Origin: Candidatus Latescibacterota bacterium
GTDB taxonomy: Bacteria; Latescibacterota; UBA2968
Assembly (NCBI GenBank): GCA_965204375.1
Contig: OZ241986.1
Span: 3,776,001-3,840,000, forward strand
DNA length: 64,000 nucleotides
Direction: 5' to 3'
The position numbers and the translations under genes were made by a program. Shown in pieces: positions 53,987 through 63,111 of this stretch; positions within the stretch are counted from its first letter, which is position 1, and every line of letters begins with the position of its first letter. A model generated the notes under the pieces. It did no database searches, was not told where the DNA came from, and was given only the letters and a program-made list of their open reading frames with translations.

Positions 53987-55375
53987 CTATATACTCGGCA
54001 AAGGTGCCGTATCACCCGTCTCGTGCTGCCACAAGCGAATCGCCTCCGCCATATTGCGAACGCGATCCCGGTGCTCGGGCGCATCGAACAAATTATTCTC
54101 CTCAAAAGGATCGGTATTCAAATCGAACAACTCGCACTGATCGCCTGCACACAAATTCAACTTCCACCGGTCACCCGTCACAACACAACGCCACGGCAGC
54201 GTCGCCACCAAATTGATATCGGGATTCCCCAAATTGCGGTCGCCAATCCCATTCCACTCCATAAACGCCATGTGCGCCTTCAAATCGCGCTCACCCGTCA
54301 ACGCACCTGCCACACTCTCACCCTGACACTGGTCCGGAATCGGCAGCCCTGCCAGATCCAAAAGCGTCGGAACCAGATCCGCGTGACCAAACACCCCATC
54401 CACCCGCGTCTGTTCCGCACTCAACCACGGCACATGCATCAAAAACGGAACGCGCGCCGACTCTTCGTAAAACGCCCGCTTCTCCCACATGCGATGATCG
54501 CCCGCCATCTCGCCGTGGTCACTCGTAAACACAAAAATCGTATTCTCCATCTGACCCGTCTCATCCAGCGCCTGCACCATCCTGCCAATGGCGTCATCTA
54601 CAATTTTCACATTGCCCAAATACTGCGCCCGCAACTTCCGCCAGTTCTCATCCCGCGTCATATCTTCCGCCACAACCCGCGCATCCGTGGTATTGCGATA
54701 AAAATCCGAACGCACGCGGTTAAACAGCGAATGCCCCTCTGGATGCTTCAAAAACGTCGGTCCCACCGGAATCTCCTCGGGATCGTACAACCCATCATAA
54801 GGTCCCCGATAAGGCGGATGCGGCTCAAACGTACTGGCAACGAGCAGCCAGGGACGCCCCGTATTCTCGCGAATAAACCGCTCTGACTCTGCGCCCACAT
54901 AAGCCCCAATCTGTGCGGATGCCGGCATCTCTGCGCGTTGTTGGGGCGTAAACCTGTTCGGCACATCCGGCACAAAACCCTGATCCAACACCCACTGGTG
55001 GTATCCACACCCATCCGCAATACTGCACCACTCGTCAAACCCGTGCTGACAATTGCCATCATCTCCCAAATGCCACTTGCCCACATACCCCTTGCGGTAC
55101 GTATCGGGCATCATCTCCGCAATAGATAATGTCTCCTCCCTCAGCGGAATCCCATTGACCACACACCCATGCGAATGCGGATAAAGCCCGGTAATCAGCG
55201 ACCCCCGCGCCGGCGTACAAACCGCCTGCGTCACATAGGCATTCTCAAAAACAAAACTGCGCTCAGCCAGCGCGTCGTGATGCGGCGACTGAATCCACTC
55301 ATTGCCATAACACGCCATCGTATCCGTGCGTTGCTGATCCGTAATAATAACTACTATATTCGGTTGTCGGGACAC
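53987..55375 (-). CDS. Sulfatase (formylglycine type), cytoplasmic
   Basis: PNIVVIITDQQR, CTPARGSLITG, GKWHLG, SDHGEM, ELFDL..DP.E. Confidence 0.93.
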   Translation of the reverse strand: MSRQPNIVVIITDQQRTDTMACYGNEWIQSPHHDALAERSFVFENAYVTQAVCTPARGSLITGLYPHSHGCVVNGIPLREETLSIAEMMPDTYRKGYVGKWHLGDDGNCQHGFDEWCSIADGCGYHQWVLDQGFVPDVPNRFTPQQRAEMPASAQIGAYVGAESERFIRENTGRPWLLVASTFEPHPPYRGPYDGLYDPEEIPVGPTFLKHPEGHSLFNRVRSDFYRNTTDARVVAEDMTRDENWRKLRAQYLGNVKIVDDAIGRMVQALDETGQMENTIFVFTSDHGEMAGDHRMWEKRAFYEESARVPFLMHVPWLSAEQTRVDGVFGHADLVPTLLDLAGLPIPDQCQGESVAGALTGERDLKAHMAFMEWNGIGDRNLGNPDINLVATLPWRCVVTGDRWKLNLCAGDQCELFDLNTDPFEENNLFDAPEHRDRVRNMAEAIRLWQHETGDTAPLPSI

Positions 55376-55389
55376 TGCGAGTCCTCCTT

Positions 55390-55598
55390 TGTCTGAATCA
55401 GGATTTTCAGGATTTTAGGATGGACAGGATACCCCCTGCCACATCACACTAATGTCTGAATCAGAATTTTCAGGATTTTAGGATGAACAGGATACCCCCC
55501 GCCACACCCCAACAAAAATGCTAAACCCATACGGCAGGATGAAAGGATGAGCAAGATGCCCCCCAACACAACCCACCAAAACTGCCAAACACATCCTG
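55390..55598 (+). repeat. Two full and one degenerate copy of the TGTCTGAATCAGGAT(TTTCAGGAT) element
   Basis: Copies begin at 55390 and 55453; degenerate copy at about 55535-55598. Confidence 0.88.
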
Positions 55599-55985
55599 TT
55601 AGTTTCGATTTAAGTGCTTTTTGTCATTGAATATTCGTTTGTATTCCAGACTTTTTGCTCCGAAGTTGATTAAAAGGCCGACTTCAAAATCATAAGCTAC
55701 CACATAGTTCTTTGCCTGCGCCAGATGAACCTCCTCCAGAGCGGTTAAGGCTTTTAATTCGACAACGATGCAATTGGCGACGATAAAATCGGCTCTTCTT
55801 ATTCCGACTTCAATACCGTCATAAAAAATGGGTTGTTCTACCTCCCGCCCAAAATCCATCCCTGCCCGTTCTAACTCAATCGCAAGACACCTCTGATAAA
55901 TTACTTCCTGAAATCCACTTCCAAGTGTGTTGTGTACTTTCATCGCGCAACCGATAATTTTGTACGTCAAATCATCACTTATCAC
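55599..55985 (-). CDS. GxxExxY protein (PD-(D/E)xK fold)
   Basis: LGSGFQEVIY, RADFIV, VELKA, GLLINFG. Confidence 0.93.
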   Translation of the reverse strand: MISDDLTYKIIGCAMKVHNTLGSGFQEVIYQRCLAIELERAGMDFGREVEQPIFYDGIEVGIRRADFIVANCIVVELKALTALEEVHLAQAKNYVVAYDFEVGLLINFGAKSLEYKRIFNDKKHLNRN

Positions 55986-56002
55986 TCTGGCTATCCTCTT
56001 CT

Positions 56003-56082
56003 TGTCTGAATCAGGATTTTCAGGATTTTAGGATGGGCAGGATACCCCGCCACACCCCACCAAAACTGCCAAAACCATCCTG
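56003..56082 (+). repeat. TGTCTGAATCAGGAT element copy
   Basis: Direct repeat of 55390 and 56572, including the CCCCGCCACACCCC loop region. Confidence 0.88.
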
Positions 56083-56134
56083 ATGATGTATGCGTAACGT
56101 CAATAAATAAAAAGGGATAAATTAAACTTGTATC

Positions 56135-56156
56135 AATATGCTAAATTTAGCATATT
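56135..56156. promoter_or_regulatory. Perfect 22-bp palindromic operator upstream of the HTH antitoxin
   Basis: AATATGCTAAATTTAGCATATT. Confidence 0.7.
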
Positions 56157-56201
56157 ATCTATTATGAACACGAAGCCACACAAACCATAGGAAAACAGAA
56201 C

Positions 56202-56552
56202 ATGAACAAAAAAGCAAACTACACAGTCGGGTCGGGCAACGTATTCAAAGACCTGGGATTTGACCGCCCAGAAGAAGAATTGGCAAAATCAGATCTGGCA
56301 ATTCAAATTACTAAAATCATTGAGCAAAAAGGTTGGACGCAAAAAAAAGCCGCAGGTGTTCTTGGCATCGACCAACCCAAAGTATCCGCGCTCAAGAATG
56401 GAAGATTAGGCGGATTTTCTATCGAGCGTCTATTGTCCTTCTTGCGGGCATTGGACCGGGACATCGACATCGTCGTACGTCCGAAAACCGAGGATGTAGC
56501 GCACATCCAGGTCGCAGAAGCAATCAATCGTCCCAGGTATGTCACGAGGTAA
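56202..56552 (+). CDS. XRE-family HTH antitoxin (HigA-like), orphan
   Basis: GSGNVFKDLG..K..L...WTQKKAA.VLGIDQPKVS.L..G.L.GFSIERL. Confidence 0.88.
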   Translation: MNKKANYTVGSGNVFKDLGFDRPEEELAKSDLAIQITKIIEQKGWTQKKAAGVLGIDQPKVSALKNGRLGGFSIERLLSFLRALDRDIDIVVRPKTEDVAHIQVAEAINRPRYVTR

Positions 56553-56571
56553 AAAAGCCCCTCTACCCCCT

Positions 56572-56656
56572 TGTCTGAATCAGGATTTTCAGGATTTTAG
56601 GATGAACAGGATACCCCCCGCCACACCCCGCCAAGCGTGCCAAACCTTCGTCCTGA
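56572..56656 (+). repeat. TGTCTGAATCAGGAT element copy; left arm bounding the defence-like operon
   Basis: Direct repeat of 56003; inverted relative to 63039-63079. Confidence 0.85.
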
Positions 56657-56753
56657 TGTTGTGTCTATGTAAAAAAAGACCTCGCAAAAATCAGGCGAGA
56701 TCTTTCGATTCTGTATATTTACGCATTCCCAAAAAAGACGATAACGATTTAAT

Positions 56754-57113
56754 TCAACTTTGACATTTGCATAATTTTGCTATTCGGCTACTCAAAGGCA
56801 TCTCCGATAGCTCCAGATTAGCCAGTGTGGAGAGATACTCGTCAGCAAAAGGCGTGTTAAAAGGCTCCAGAGCAACTGCTACCAACGATAATGTCATATC
56901 ATAGGAAAACTTTTCACCAGACACAAATTCTGCCATTAAACTCTGTATATAGCTCCGCAATTCTACCTCGGATAAATTCCCACTCCAATATGCATCTTGA
57001 AGGCGCCTGCACTCTTTGGTCCGTACAAGAATATATCGCATTGCTTTGGGTGGCATTTCATAGCCGATAGAAAAAATGAAGTCATCAGACTTTATTTTTT
57101 GAAGTACACTCAT
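56754..57113 (-). CDS. Hypothetical protein
   Basis: 119 aa from MSVLQK with GGAG RBS; followed by a hairpin and T-run at about 56671-56705. Confidence 0.6.
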   Translation of the reverse strand: MSVLQKIKSDDFIFSIGYEMPPKAMRYILVRTKECRRLQDAYWSGNLSEVELRSYIQSLMAEFVSGEKFSYDMTLSLVAVALEPFNTPFADEYLSTLANLELSEMPLSSRIAKLCKCQS

Positions 57114-57173
57114 CGGAATACTCCGCAATTTGACCAATTCACTTCTGTAGATCAAACACAAAACAGATTATGT

Positions 57174-57869
57174 TTACCTGTTCCCCAGTGCAATGTCACG
57201 AATCATCTGTGGATTGCATCTGACTTTTTCAAAAACCTGCAATCCTTCACGACACACGGTCTCACACAATTTTTTGAACAATAATCCTTTGAGGTTATAA
57301 TTGTTGGCTCCCTCAATTTCATTTGCTAACTCAGTTCCTGCTAAAACGCCGTGGACATTACGGAAATCAGGAATCAAACACCTATAGCTTTTGCCAGGCA
57401 GAAAAATCTGAGTAACTGTATCTGGAACCTGAAAAGGGAGTTGTAGAGCTTGAACGTATTCTTTGCCTAATAAAAAGAATACGAGTTTATAGTTCGCGAT
57501 TAATGTCTCTACCCGTTCATGGATTTGAAGGCTATCGCTACGCGCTAAAGGCTTCCTTTCCTTCGGCCCTGTGAATGTAACATTGTAAGGAACAATAACA
57601 TCGCATTCACGAAGCAGTCCGTACCCGGCTGAAATAATGTGCAAATCGACAACTGCCTGTCCATAAATCTCCCGAATTTGTTCTAATCCTTCCATCAAGT
57701 ATCGATGTTGTTGACCTGTGTACATTTCTGCGGCAGGTGCTTTGTAAGCACTCAGTTCTTCCGTTCGCCGGCGAAGGCGTTCACACGAACTGAAATCTTC
57801 CTGCTGGAGTTGGTTTGCAGGTTTACATTTTTTGTCGCCAGTGCAAGAGCCAATTACCAATATCTTCAC
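57174..57869 (-). CDS. DUF6884 / YaaA-like protein
   Basis: ILVIGSCTGDK, PAAEMYTG, IISAGYGLL, PYNVTF. Confidence 0.65.
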   Translation of the reverse strand: MKILVIGSCTGDKKCKPANQLQQEDFSSCERLRRRTEELSAYKAPAAEMYTGQQHRYLMEGLEQIREIYGQAVVDLHIISAGYGLLRECDVIVPYNVTFTGPKERKPLARSDSLQIHERVETLIANYKLVFFLLGKEYVQALQLPFQVPDTVTQIFLPGKSYRCLIPDFRNVHGVLAGTELANEIEGANNYNLKGLLFKKLCETVCREGLQVFEKVRCNPQMIRDIALGNR

Positions 57870-58024
57870 TATGCCCCCCGTTGTTTTCGAACTTTCAATA
57901 ATGTATTTCGCAACTCAAACTCTGGCTCAAGGCGATCATATTCTGCTTTTACATCCGGATTGTTTGCCAACGCTTCTTCTATATCGAGTGGGATCGGATC
58001 GAATTTATGGACGGTTCTTTTCAT
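57869..58024 (-). pseudogene. 51-aa N-terminal part of an XRE antitoxin, ending before the HTH
   Basis: Not in the ORF track. Reads MKRTVHKFDPIPLDIEEALANNPDVKAEYDRLEPEFELRNTLLKVRKQRGA; its stop overlaps the next GTG start. Confidence 0.55.
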
Positions 58025-58180
58025 AATTGATATATTCAGCCTCTCTCCGGCATAAGGAAAGTGCCCAAATCAAGATACTCTCGAAAAAATAGATATCAAG
58101 GGGAAATTCTCCAATGCAGGAAGATCAGTAGAGGTCTATAATCTTCTATTATTTTGGATCAGATTCCCGGCTGGCGTGTA

Positions 58181-58858
58181 CTATTCCTCTGTCACATTAT
58201 CCAATTCCTGTAACAGCTCCCCATCAATCAAATCAATCAATTCCTGCACCGTCTCAACAGTGAGTTGCGACGACTGAAAACCATGAGCAATCGCATTTCG
58301 CGTTTGCTGTATATGTTTGAGAGCATGATATGTTTCTCGCGCAATGATCCCTTCAAAGGTCATTTGCTTAAGCAAATAATCGGGCGTTGCAGTCTCTCCC
58401 TCTATTCCCTCTTTCACCGCCAGGACCCTCAAAGTCGCTTCCACCAAAGACCACCCCATGAGAAATGCAGCCTCTAAATGCCCGTTTTCCACAAATAGAG
58501 CCACTTCTACAATTTTTGAACGAATTTCTTCGACAGTAAATAGCGAAGCTCCATTCACAAAAAATGAATTTTCTGGCCCTAATAAAAACAACTCAAATTT
58601 CCAGTCAGCCTCATTTCTGACAACTTTTGCCAATTCATTTACTTGAGGAAAATCAGAGACCTGTCCACGCACTCTTACTTCGACCACAATATGCTCATCG
58701 CCTTTATGTGCAATCAAATCTGGCCGAAATGTCTGCAAAAAATCAGGCAATTGATCGCCCTGGGGTTCAATCAACACATCATAGCCCTTGTCGCGATATA
58801 CTTGCCCAACATTCTGAACGCGCAGACTTTCGTTTTCACGAGCAGTTAAGTCAGCCAT
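58181..58858 (-). CDS. REase-fold (AHJR-like) domain fused to HEPN-like domain
   Basis: KGYDV..EP, RPDLIAHKGDEHIVVEVR; C-terminal EAAFLMGWSLVEA and RNAIAH (RX4H). Confidence 0.72.
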   Translation of the reverse strand: MADLTARENESLRVQNVGQVYRDKGYDVLIEPQGDQLPDFLQTFRPDLIAHKGDEHIVVEVRVRGQVSDFPQVNELAKVVRNEADWKFELFLLGPENSFFVNGASLFTVEEIRSKIVEVALFVENGHLEAAFLMGWSLVEATLRVLAVKEGIEGETATPDYLLKQMTFEGIIARETYHALKHIQQTRNAIAHGFQSSQLTVETVQELIDLIDGELLQELDNVTEE

Positions 58859-59330
58859 TGAACACCTCTTCCTTTATTCGGCGTTTCATATTTTGGAAAG
58901 ATCGATATTCTTCAGGCTTAACATACCGCCAGGACTGTGGAACTGAAAAATTCGAGAACCGATTTCTCAGCTTGCTCAAATCAGCCGGATTTTCATATTC
59001 CCAAACGTCCGTAACTTGCAGAGCATAAGCAATTTCACGCCCTTCATAATAGGTATCAAAACTCTGCTTATCGACGCCAGCAATTTCCGATACCTCGTTC
59101 CACACTTCCTGGGGCGAACCCTGCCACACATGTCCCACGCGGAAGCCGCCGCGAAGTTGCTTGACTGGGCTTGACACGTAAATAAATGCATCACAGCCCT
59201 CTATACCGGAAGCTATACGCCTTCGCAACTCGGCTTTTTTGCGACCTGCAAAAATCAAGTCTGCATAATAAGGTTTCAGAGACAAAAGTAAAGGTTGTGT
59301 TGTTTTGTTCATGGCTGATTCGTATTCCAC
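58851..59330 (-). CDS. ASCH domain protein
   Basis: LLSLKPYYADLIFAGRKKAELRR, YVSSPVK, PQSWRY. Confidence 0.85.
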   Translation of the reverse strand: MEYESAMNKTTQPLLLSLKPYYADLIFAGRKKAELRRRIASGIEGCDAFIYVSSPVKQLRGGFRVGHVWQGSPQEVWNEVSEIAGVDKQSFDTYYEGREIAYALQVTDVWEYENPADLSKLRNRFSNFSVPQSWRYVKPEEYRSFQNMKRRIKEEVFNG

Positions 59331-61855
59331 TAAATATCTAAAAAACCGTGGCGCCCAGCACGCAAAAGGGTTTCCCGCGCACGCTCCGCATTCTCGCGTA
59401 TGCTGCTCTCATCCTCGCTGTCCAATCCCGCCTTCAGAATCGACTTCGCTTTGTCTGCGTCAATGTAGATGGTATCGTTCTGGTCAATAGCATCCGTCAT
59501 TTTTGCGAAGCATTCAACGACTTTTGCAGTGTGGCTTTCAAGCATTTCGTCCAGTATGTCCAACACGATTGAGATACTCCCGCTATCTATCTGGCTTACA
59601 TCGAGAATTTTGGTGTAAGCATCCAATCGCCAATCCGGGTCAAGACATTCAGCTTCGAGCCATAAGGCGATCTTTTGCAGTTCTTCTGGTTCCCCAACTT
59701 CAAAACGCCAATCAAAGAAAGTGGTTATACGGTCTATCAAGCGTTGTGTCAGATGCTCATCACTATTTTTCACAAACCATCCGACATAACTGGATAAGGT
59801 CGCCCGTCGTTGCGGGTCGTTCTTGGTCTTCTCGTAGAATTTTTCCAGCAGACTATCTTTTCCCCGGAGTGGATAGACTTCCCAAAAATAATAAGTAAAA
59901 AGATGTTCGCCCAGCGTATCGACTATTTCACCATTCTCAAATTTGGTCAAGTGGTCAAGTGCAAGTGCAAAATCATCTCTCAGAATTTCAAAGGTCGGCT
60001 TGAAAGGTCGATTGAAGTGCAAGAAACTTCCAAATGCTTCTATCCATACAGGTAGATTATCTTGAGGGAAAAAGACCGCTTTGTGTTCGACTGCCCATGC
60101 TTGATTTAGGCCCAAAAGTTGATCGTAATACATGCCCAATAGCGCACGTTCCGGCATCGTAAGGGGATACTCCGCATCGTCCTTAAAACGTTCTTCAAGT
60201 ATTGATGTGACTTCTGGTACCTTGTCCGTATCATCGTGCCTACACACCCATAAACCGAACTTCACAAGGTCTTGCAAAGCGCGACTTCGGGTGCTGTTGA
60301 TCGCCTCGGTAATTGGATCGTTACGATTCAGTAAGGTTGGCTCATCAAGATCTAATTGCCTGTCAAATTGTGTGCATAGCAATCTGAGAATATTTGCCAG
60401 TGATTCCCGTGCAGTGAAAGGGACATTCATATTCTTTTTCATACACTCACCAATAAAATCTCCCACTGTTCGCCGCGAACTCCCCCAGTCTGGATATTCT
60501 CGCGACGCATCGCTTTCTGCGTTTTCCGCAATGTCGGGATGCGATAGCACCCACTCACAGAATTCAAACCATAGATCAACTTGCTCATAATGTTGCTCTT
60601 TTACATGCTCTTGAATCGCCTGGACAATTGCTCTGATGTAAATGGGACGCTCTATCCGCTCGCGGTTCTCCATCCAAAATGTCAACCGTTCCTCATCGGG
60701 AATGATCGTATCTTTGAATACTGTTTGAAATGCACCTACCAATGATCCAATATTGATTTCAACCAGCCAGTCGTCCTTGTCAATTTGTTCTTCTTGCCAT
60801 TCGTTGATGTATGCGAGCAGTTCCTCGTCGCCAAGCTTTGCCAGATCTTCGGGCGAACTTGGGCTACGGTAAGAGACCATCCCGCTCTGAAATAGTGAAT
60901 AGTCTTCATCGGAAAGGGGCTTTTCCTCGGCGTTTTCCAATTCTTGGAAATAAGTTTGATATTCTCCAGTCAGTAAGCGTGCGAAGGGGCGAAGTTGCTT
61001 TCTGTGAAAATTTCGCTGGTATTCCTGGAATCCCTCCTCAGTAAATTGGTCGCCCATTCTTTCGCGGGAGTCTTCTTTTGGAGGGCCGATCAGAATAGCT
61101 TCAAATATCGTTGTTCGTTCTTCTTCATTGAGCAGACGTGTGCCAAAATGCTCGCAAGCCGTGTGGATCATTTGTTGAAATTCGTAGCCATCCATCCATT
61201 TGTCATAGTCTTTATATTCGAGAATAAATTCACGAATCCATGGTAGGGTCTGTTCATTTGGGTTCAGTGCATAGAGGTATTGGCGCAACCGCTTGAATAC
61301 CTTCCATCGCTGATTTCGCAGTGCTTCGTCAAGGGCTTCAACAGACTCTGGTGAGTTTTCGTAAACCTTCTCGCAGGCGAAGGTCAGTGTATGTATCAAT
61401 GTTTCTTTGGTATTCGGGCGTCTCCTATCAGATTGATTTAGCCGAGGACACCAGATTTCCGAGGAGTCTTCATCTCCTTCCTGATTAAGGTCTTCTTGAT
61501 GCTTGCTCAGGCGAATCATACTTGCCGTAGCATTGATCAGAATATTGGCAACCTGATAAGGCGCAATATCAGCCAATGGCCTAACACCCAGCTCTAAAAT
61601 CTGCTGGTATTCCCATTGATCGAAACGAGGCGATGGTTCGAGAGATGTTGTCATATTTTCCCATATTCCAAGACTTGAAGACGGATCAAGGGATATTTCC
61701 CCCAGATTCTCCAATCGACTTGCTTGCTTCTCCTCAGCTTTTGGATCTGGGAGAAAACCGACCAATTTTGTTAAGAACGCAGAGGTGAACTCCGCCAATT
61801 CTCTGTCAAACAGAAACGGTTTCTTAAGTAGTTCAATGATCTTGATATATCTCAT
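59330..61855 (-). CDS. Large alpha-helical repeat-like protein, unknown function
   Basis: 841 aa, acidic, Trp/Leu-rich helical character, no NTPase motif seen; overlaps both neighbours. Confidence 0.75.
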   Translation of the reverse strand: MRYIKIIELLKKPFLFDRELAEFTSAFLTKLVGFLPDPKAEEKQASRLENLGEISLDPSSSLGIWENMTTSLEPSPRFDQWEYQQILELGVRPLADIAPYQVANILINATASMIRLSKHQEDLNQEGDEDSSEIWCPRLNQSDRRRPNTKETLIHTLTFACEKVYENSPESVEALDEALRNQRWKVFKRLRQYLYALNPNEQTLPWIREFILEYKDYDKWMDGYEFQQMIHTACEHFGTRLLNEEERTTIFEAILIGPPKEDSRERMGDQFTEEGFQEYQRNFHRKQLRPFARLLTGEYQTYFQELENAEEKPLSDEDYSLFQSGMVSYRSPSSPEDLAKLGDEELLAYINEWQEEQIDKDDWLVEINIGSLVGAFQTVFKDTIIPDEERLTFWMENRERIERPIYIRAIVQAIQEHVKEQHYEQVDLWFEFCEWVLSHPDIAENAESDASREYPDWGSSRRTVGDFIGECMKKNMNVPFTARESLANILRLLCTQFDRQLDLDEPTLLNRNDPITEAINSTRSRALQDLVKFGLWVCRHDDTDKVPEVTSILEERFKDDAEYPLTMPERALLGMYYDQLLGLNQAWAVEHKAVFFPQDNLPVWIEAFGSFLHFNRPFKPTFEILRDDFALALDHLTKFENGEIVDTLGEHLFTYYFWEVYPLRGKDSLLEKFYEKTKNDPQRRATLSSYVGWFVKNSDEHLTQRLIDRITTFFDWRFEVGEPEELQKIALWLEAECLDPDWRLDAYTKILDVSQIDSGSISIVLDILDEMLESHTAKVVECFAKMTDAIDQNDTIYIDADKAKSILKAGLDSEDESSIRENAERARETLLRAGRHGFLDI

Positions 61856-62931
61856 CTGACATGCTCCACAAAAGATAAAATATTGGAAGAGAGTCTATTG
61901 ATCACTTCAACCGAATCGGCCTTCAGGACGACATCCATAATGCCTTCCAGAATTCGCGGGTTTGACGTTTCGGGAAGGTTCTCTAATATCTCAAGAACCC
62001 TCTCTGGCATAGTTTCATAAACGCGAACAAGATAATTGACCGGCGGCCAGAAAGGTGTCCGATAGCCGCCATCCGGTGTTTCTTCTATGTCCGGAGGATT
62101 GTCGAAATAACCATTAGATCTCAAAGGTTCGAGCCATATATCATCTTTAGCATGATCAAAGAAGTAGTCATAGTTGGGACCTCTGGGCTCAATAAGTCTC
62201 AAAGCACGTTCAACTTCAAAGGGTGTGACTTCATTGCCTCGTCTCAGGATAGCCTGCAATTCCGTAAGATCTTCGGTCGTGATCGGTCTGGTAGGATCAA
62301 TCACTGGCCGTTCCAAATCCTCGATTTTAAGTTCTGGTTCAAACGCCTTTATATATTTATCAAGACTGGAAAAATGTGCAATAAACCGGCGTCGCGCACA
62401 GGCTTCGCGGAAATCCCCATCGCCACTGACAACAGCGATATTTGCTTTGTGTTCCTTGTGATAATGTTCCAAAGCACTGAGGATGAAAGCATCAGGAAAT
62501 TCTTTGGGTTTCTTCGAAAATGGCGGTTCTTTTTTAAAATACCAATCAACTACATTATCCAAATCTCCGACGAGGGGCAGTTTCTCTACAATAAAATGTT
62601 CCTTAAACGTCTCCCATTGGCAAATCAGTTCATCATAGCACTTTGATTGCAATTCCTCTTCAGTAGGGAGTTCAATAAGAGACAAAGAATTAATCGGATG
62701 TGCCTCGTTTGCCTTAATCAAATTATTGGCTGCTTTGATAGCTTGTTCGTTGAATTTGCGCAGCAACTCCCGCTCCATCATTTCCGGGATTAGCAGACGA
62801 ATTCCACCTTTGACAAAAGTATCCAGCAATTGAGTAAATGCTTGTGTATCGAATCGATGCCCTTGTTGGACAAAAACTTGGGTGTCAATATAGAGAGATG
62901 TAGGAATGTGTCTCAGGTTCATCTCAGTCAT
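61852..62931 (-). CDS. PIN domain (DUF4935-like) protein with start of a helical domain
   Basis: LYIDTQVF, PPF..K.KEFPDAFIL, VVSGDGDF acidic motifs; C-terminal YFF..WLEPL..GYF.NPP. Confidence 0.8.
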   Translation of the reverse strand: MTEMNLRHIPTSLYIDTQVFVQQGHRFDTQAFTQLLDTFVKGGIRLLIPEMMERELLRKFNEQAIKAANNLIKANEAHPINSLSLIELPTEEELQSKCYDELICQWETFKEHFIVEKLPLVGDLDNVVDWYFKKEPPFSKKPKEFPDAFILSALEHYHKEHKANIAVVSGDGDFREACARRRFIAHFSSLDKYIKAFEPELKIEDLERPVIDPTRPITTEDLTELQAILRRGNEVTPFEVERALRLIEPRGPNYDYFFDHAKDDIWLEPLRSNGYFDNPPDIEETPDGGYRTPFWPPVNYLVRVYETMPERVLEILENLPETSNPRILEGIMDVVLKADSVEVINRLSSNILSFVEHVR

Positions 62932-63009
62932 CCCGCAAATTCTGTGTCGAATGCTTTTTCCCGTTGAATATCCCTGTCTGCTGATAGGCAGACATTTGTA
63001 TTTCTATCA

Positions 63010-63079
63010 CCACATCCCGCCAAACCCACCAAACCCTTATCCTGTTCATCTTCTCATCCTGCCCATCCTGATTCAGACA
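63010..63079 (-). repeat. Inverted (right-arm) copy of the TGTCTGAATCAGGAT element
   Basis: The reverse complement of 63039-63079 matches 56572-56612 at 34 of 41 positions by my count. Confidence 0.8.
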
Positions 63080-63111
63080 GTTTTTGATGTAAACGCTTCT
63101 TTCAGTATGGT

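Noticed and set aside
55390-56656. CRISPR array or integron attC array
   Set aside because: Spacing is irregular and includes whole genes, the units are built from internal 8-9-mers, and I saw no cas or integrase gene and no attC-like core sites.
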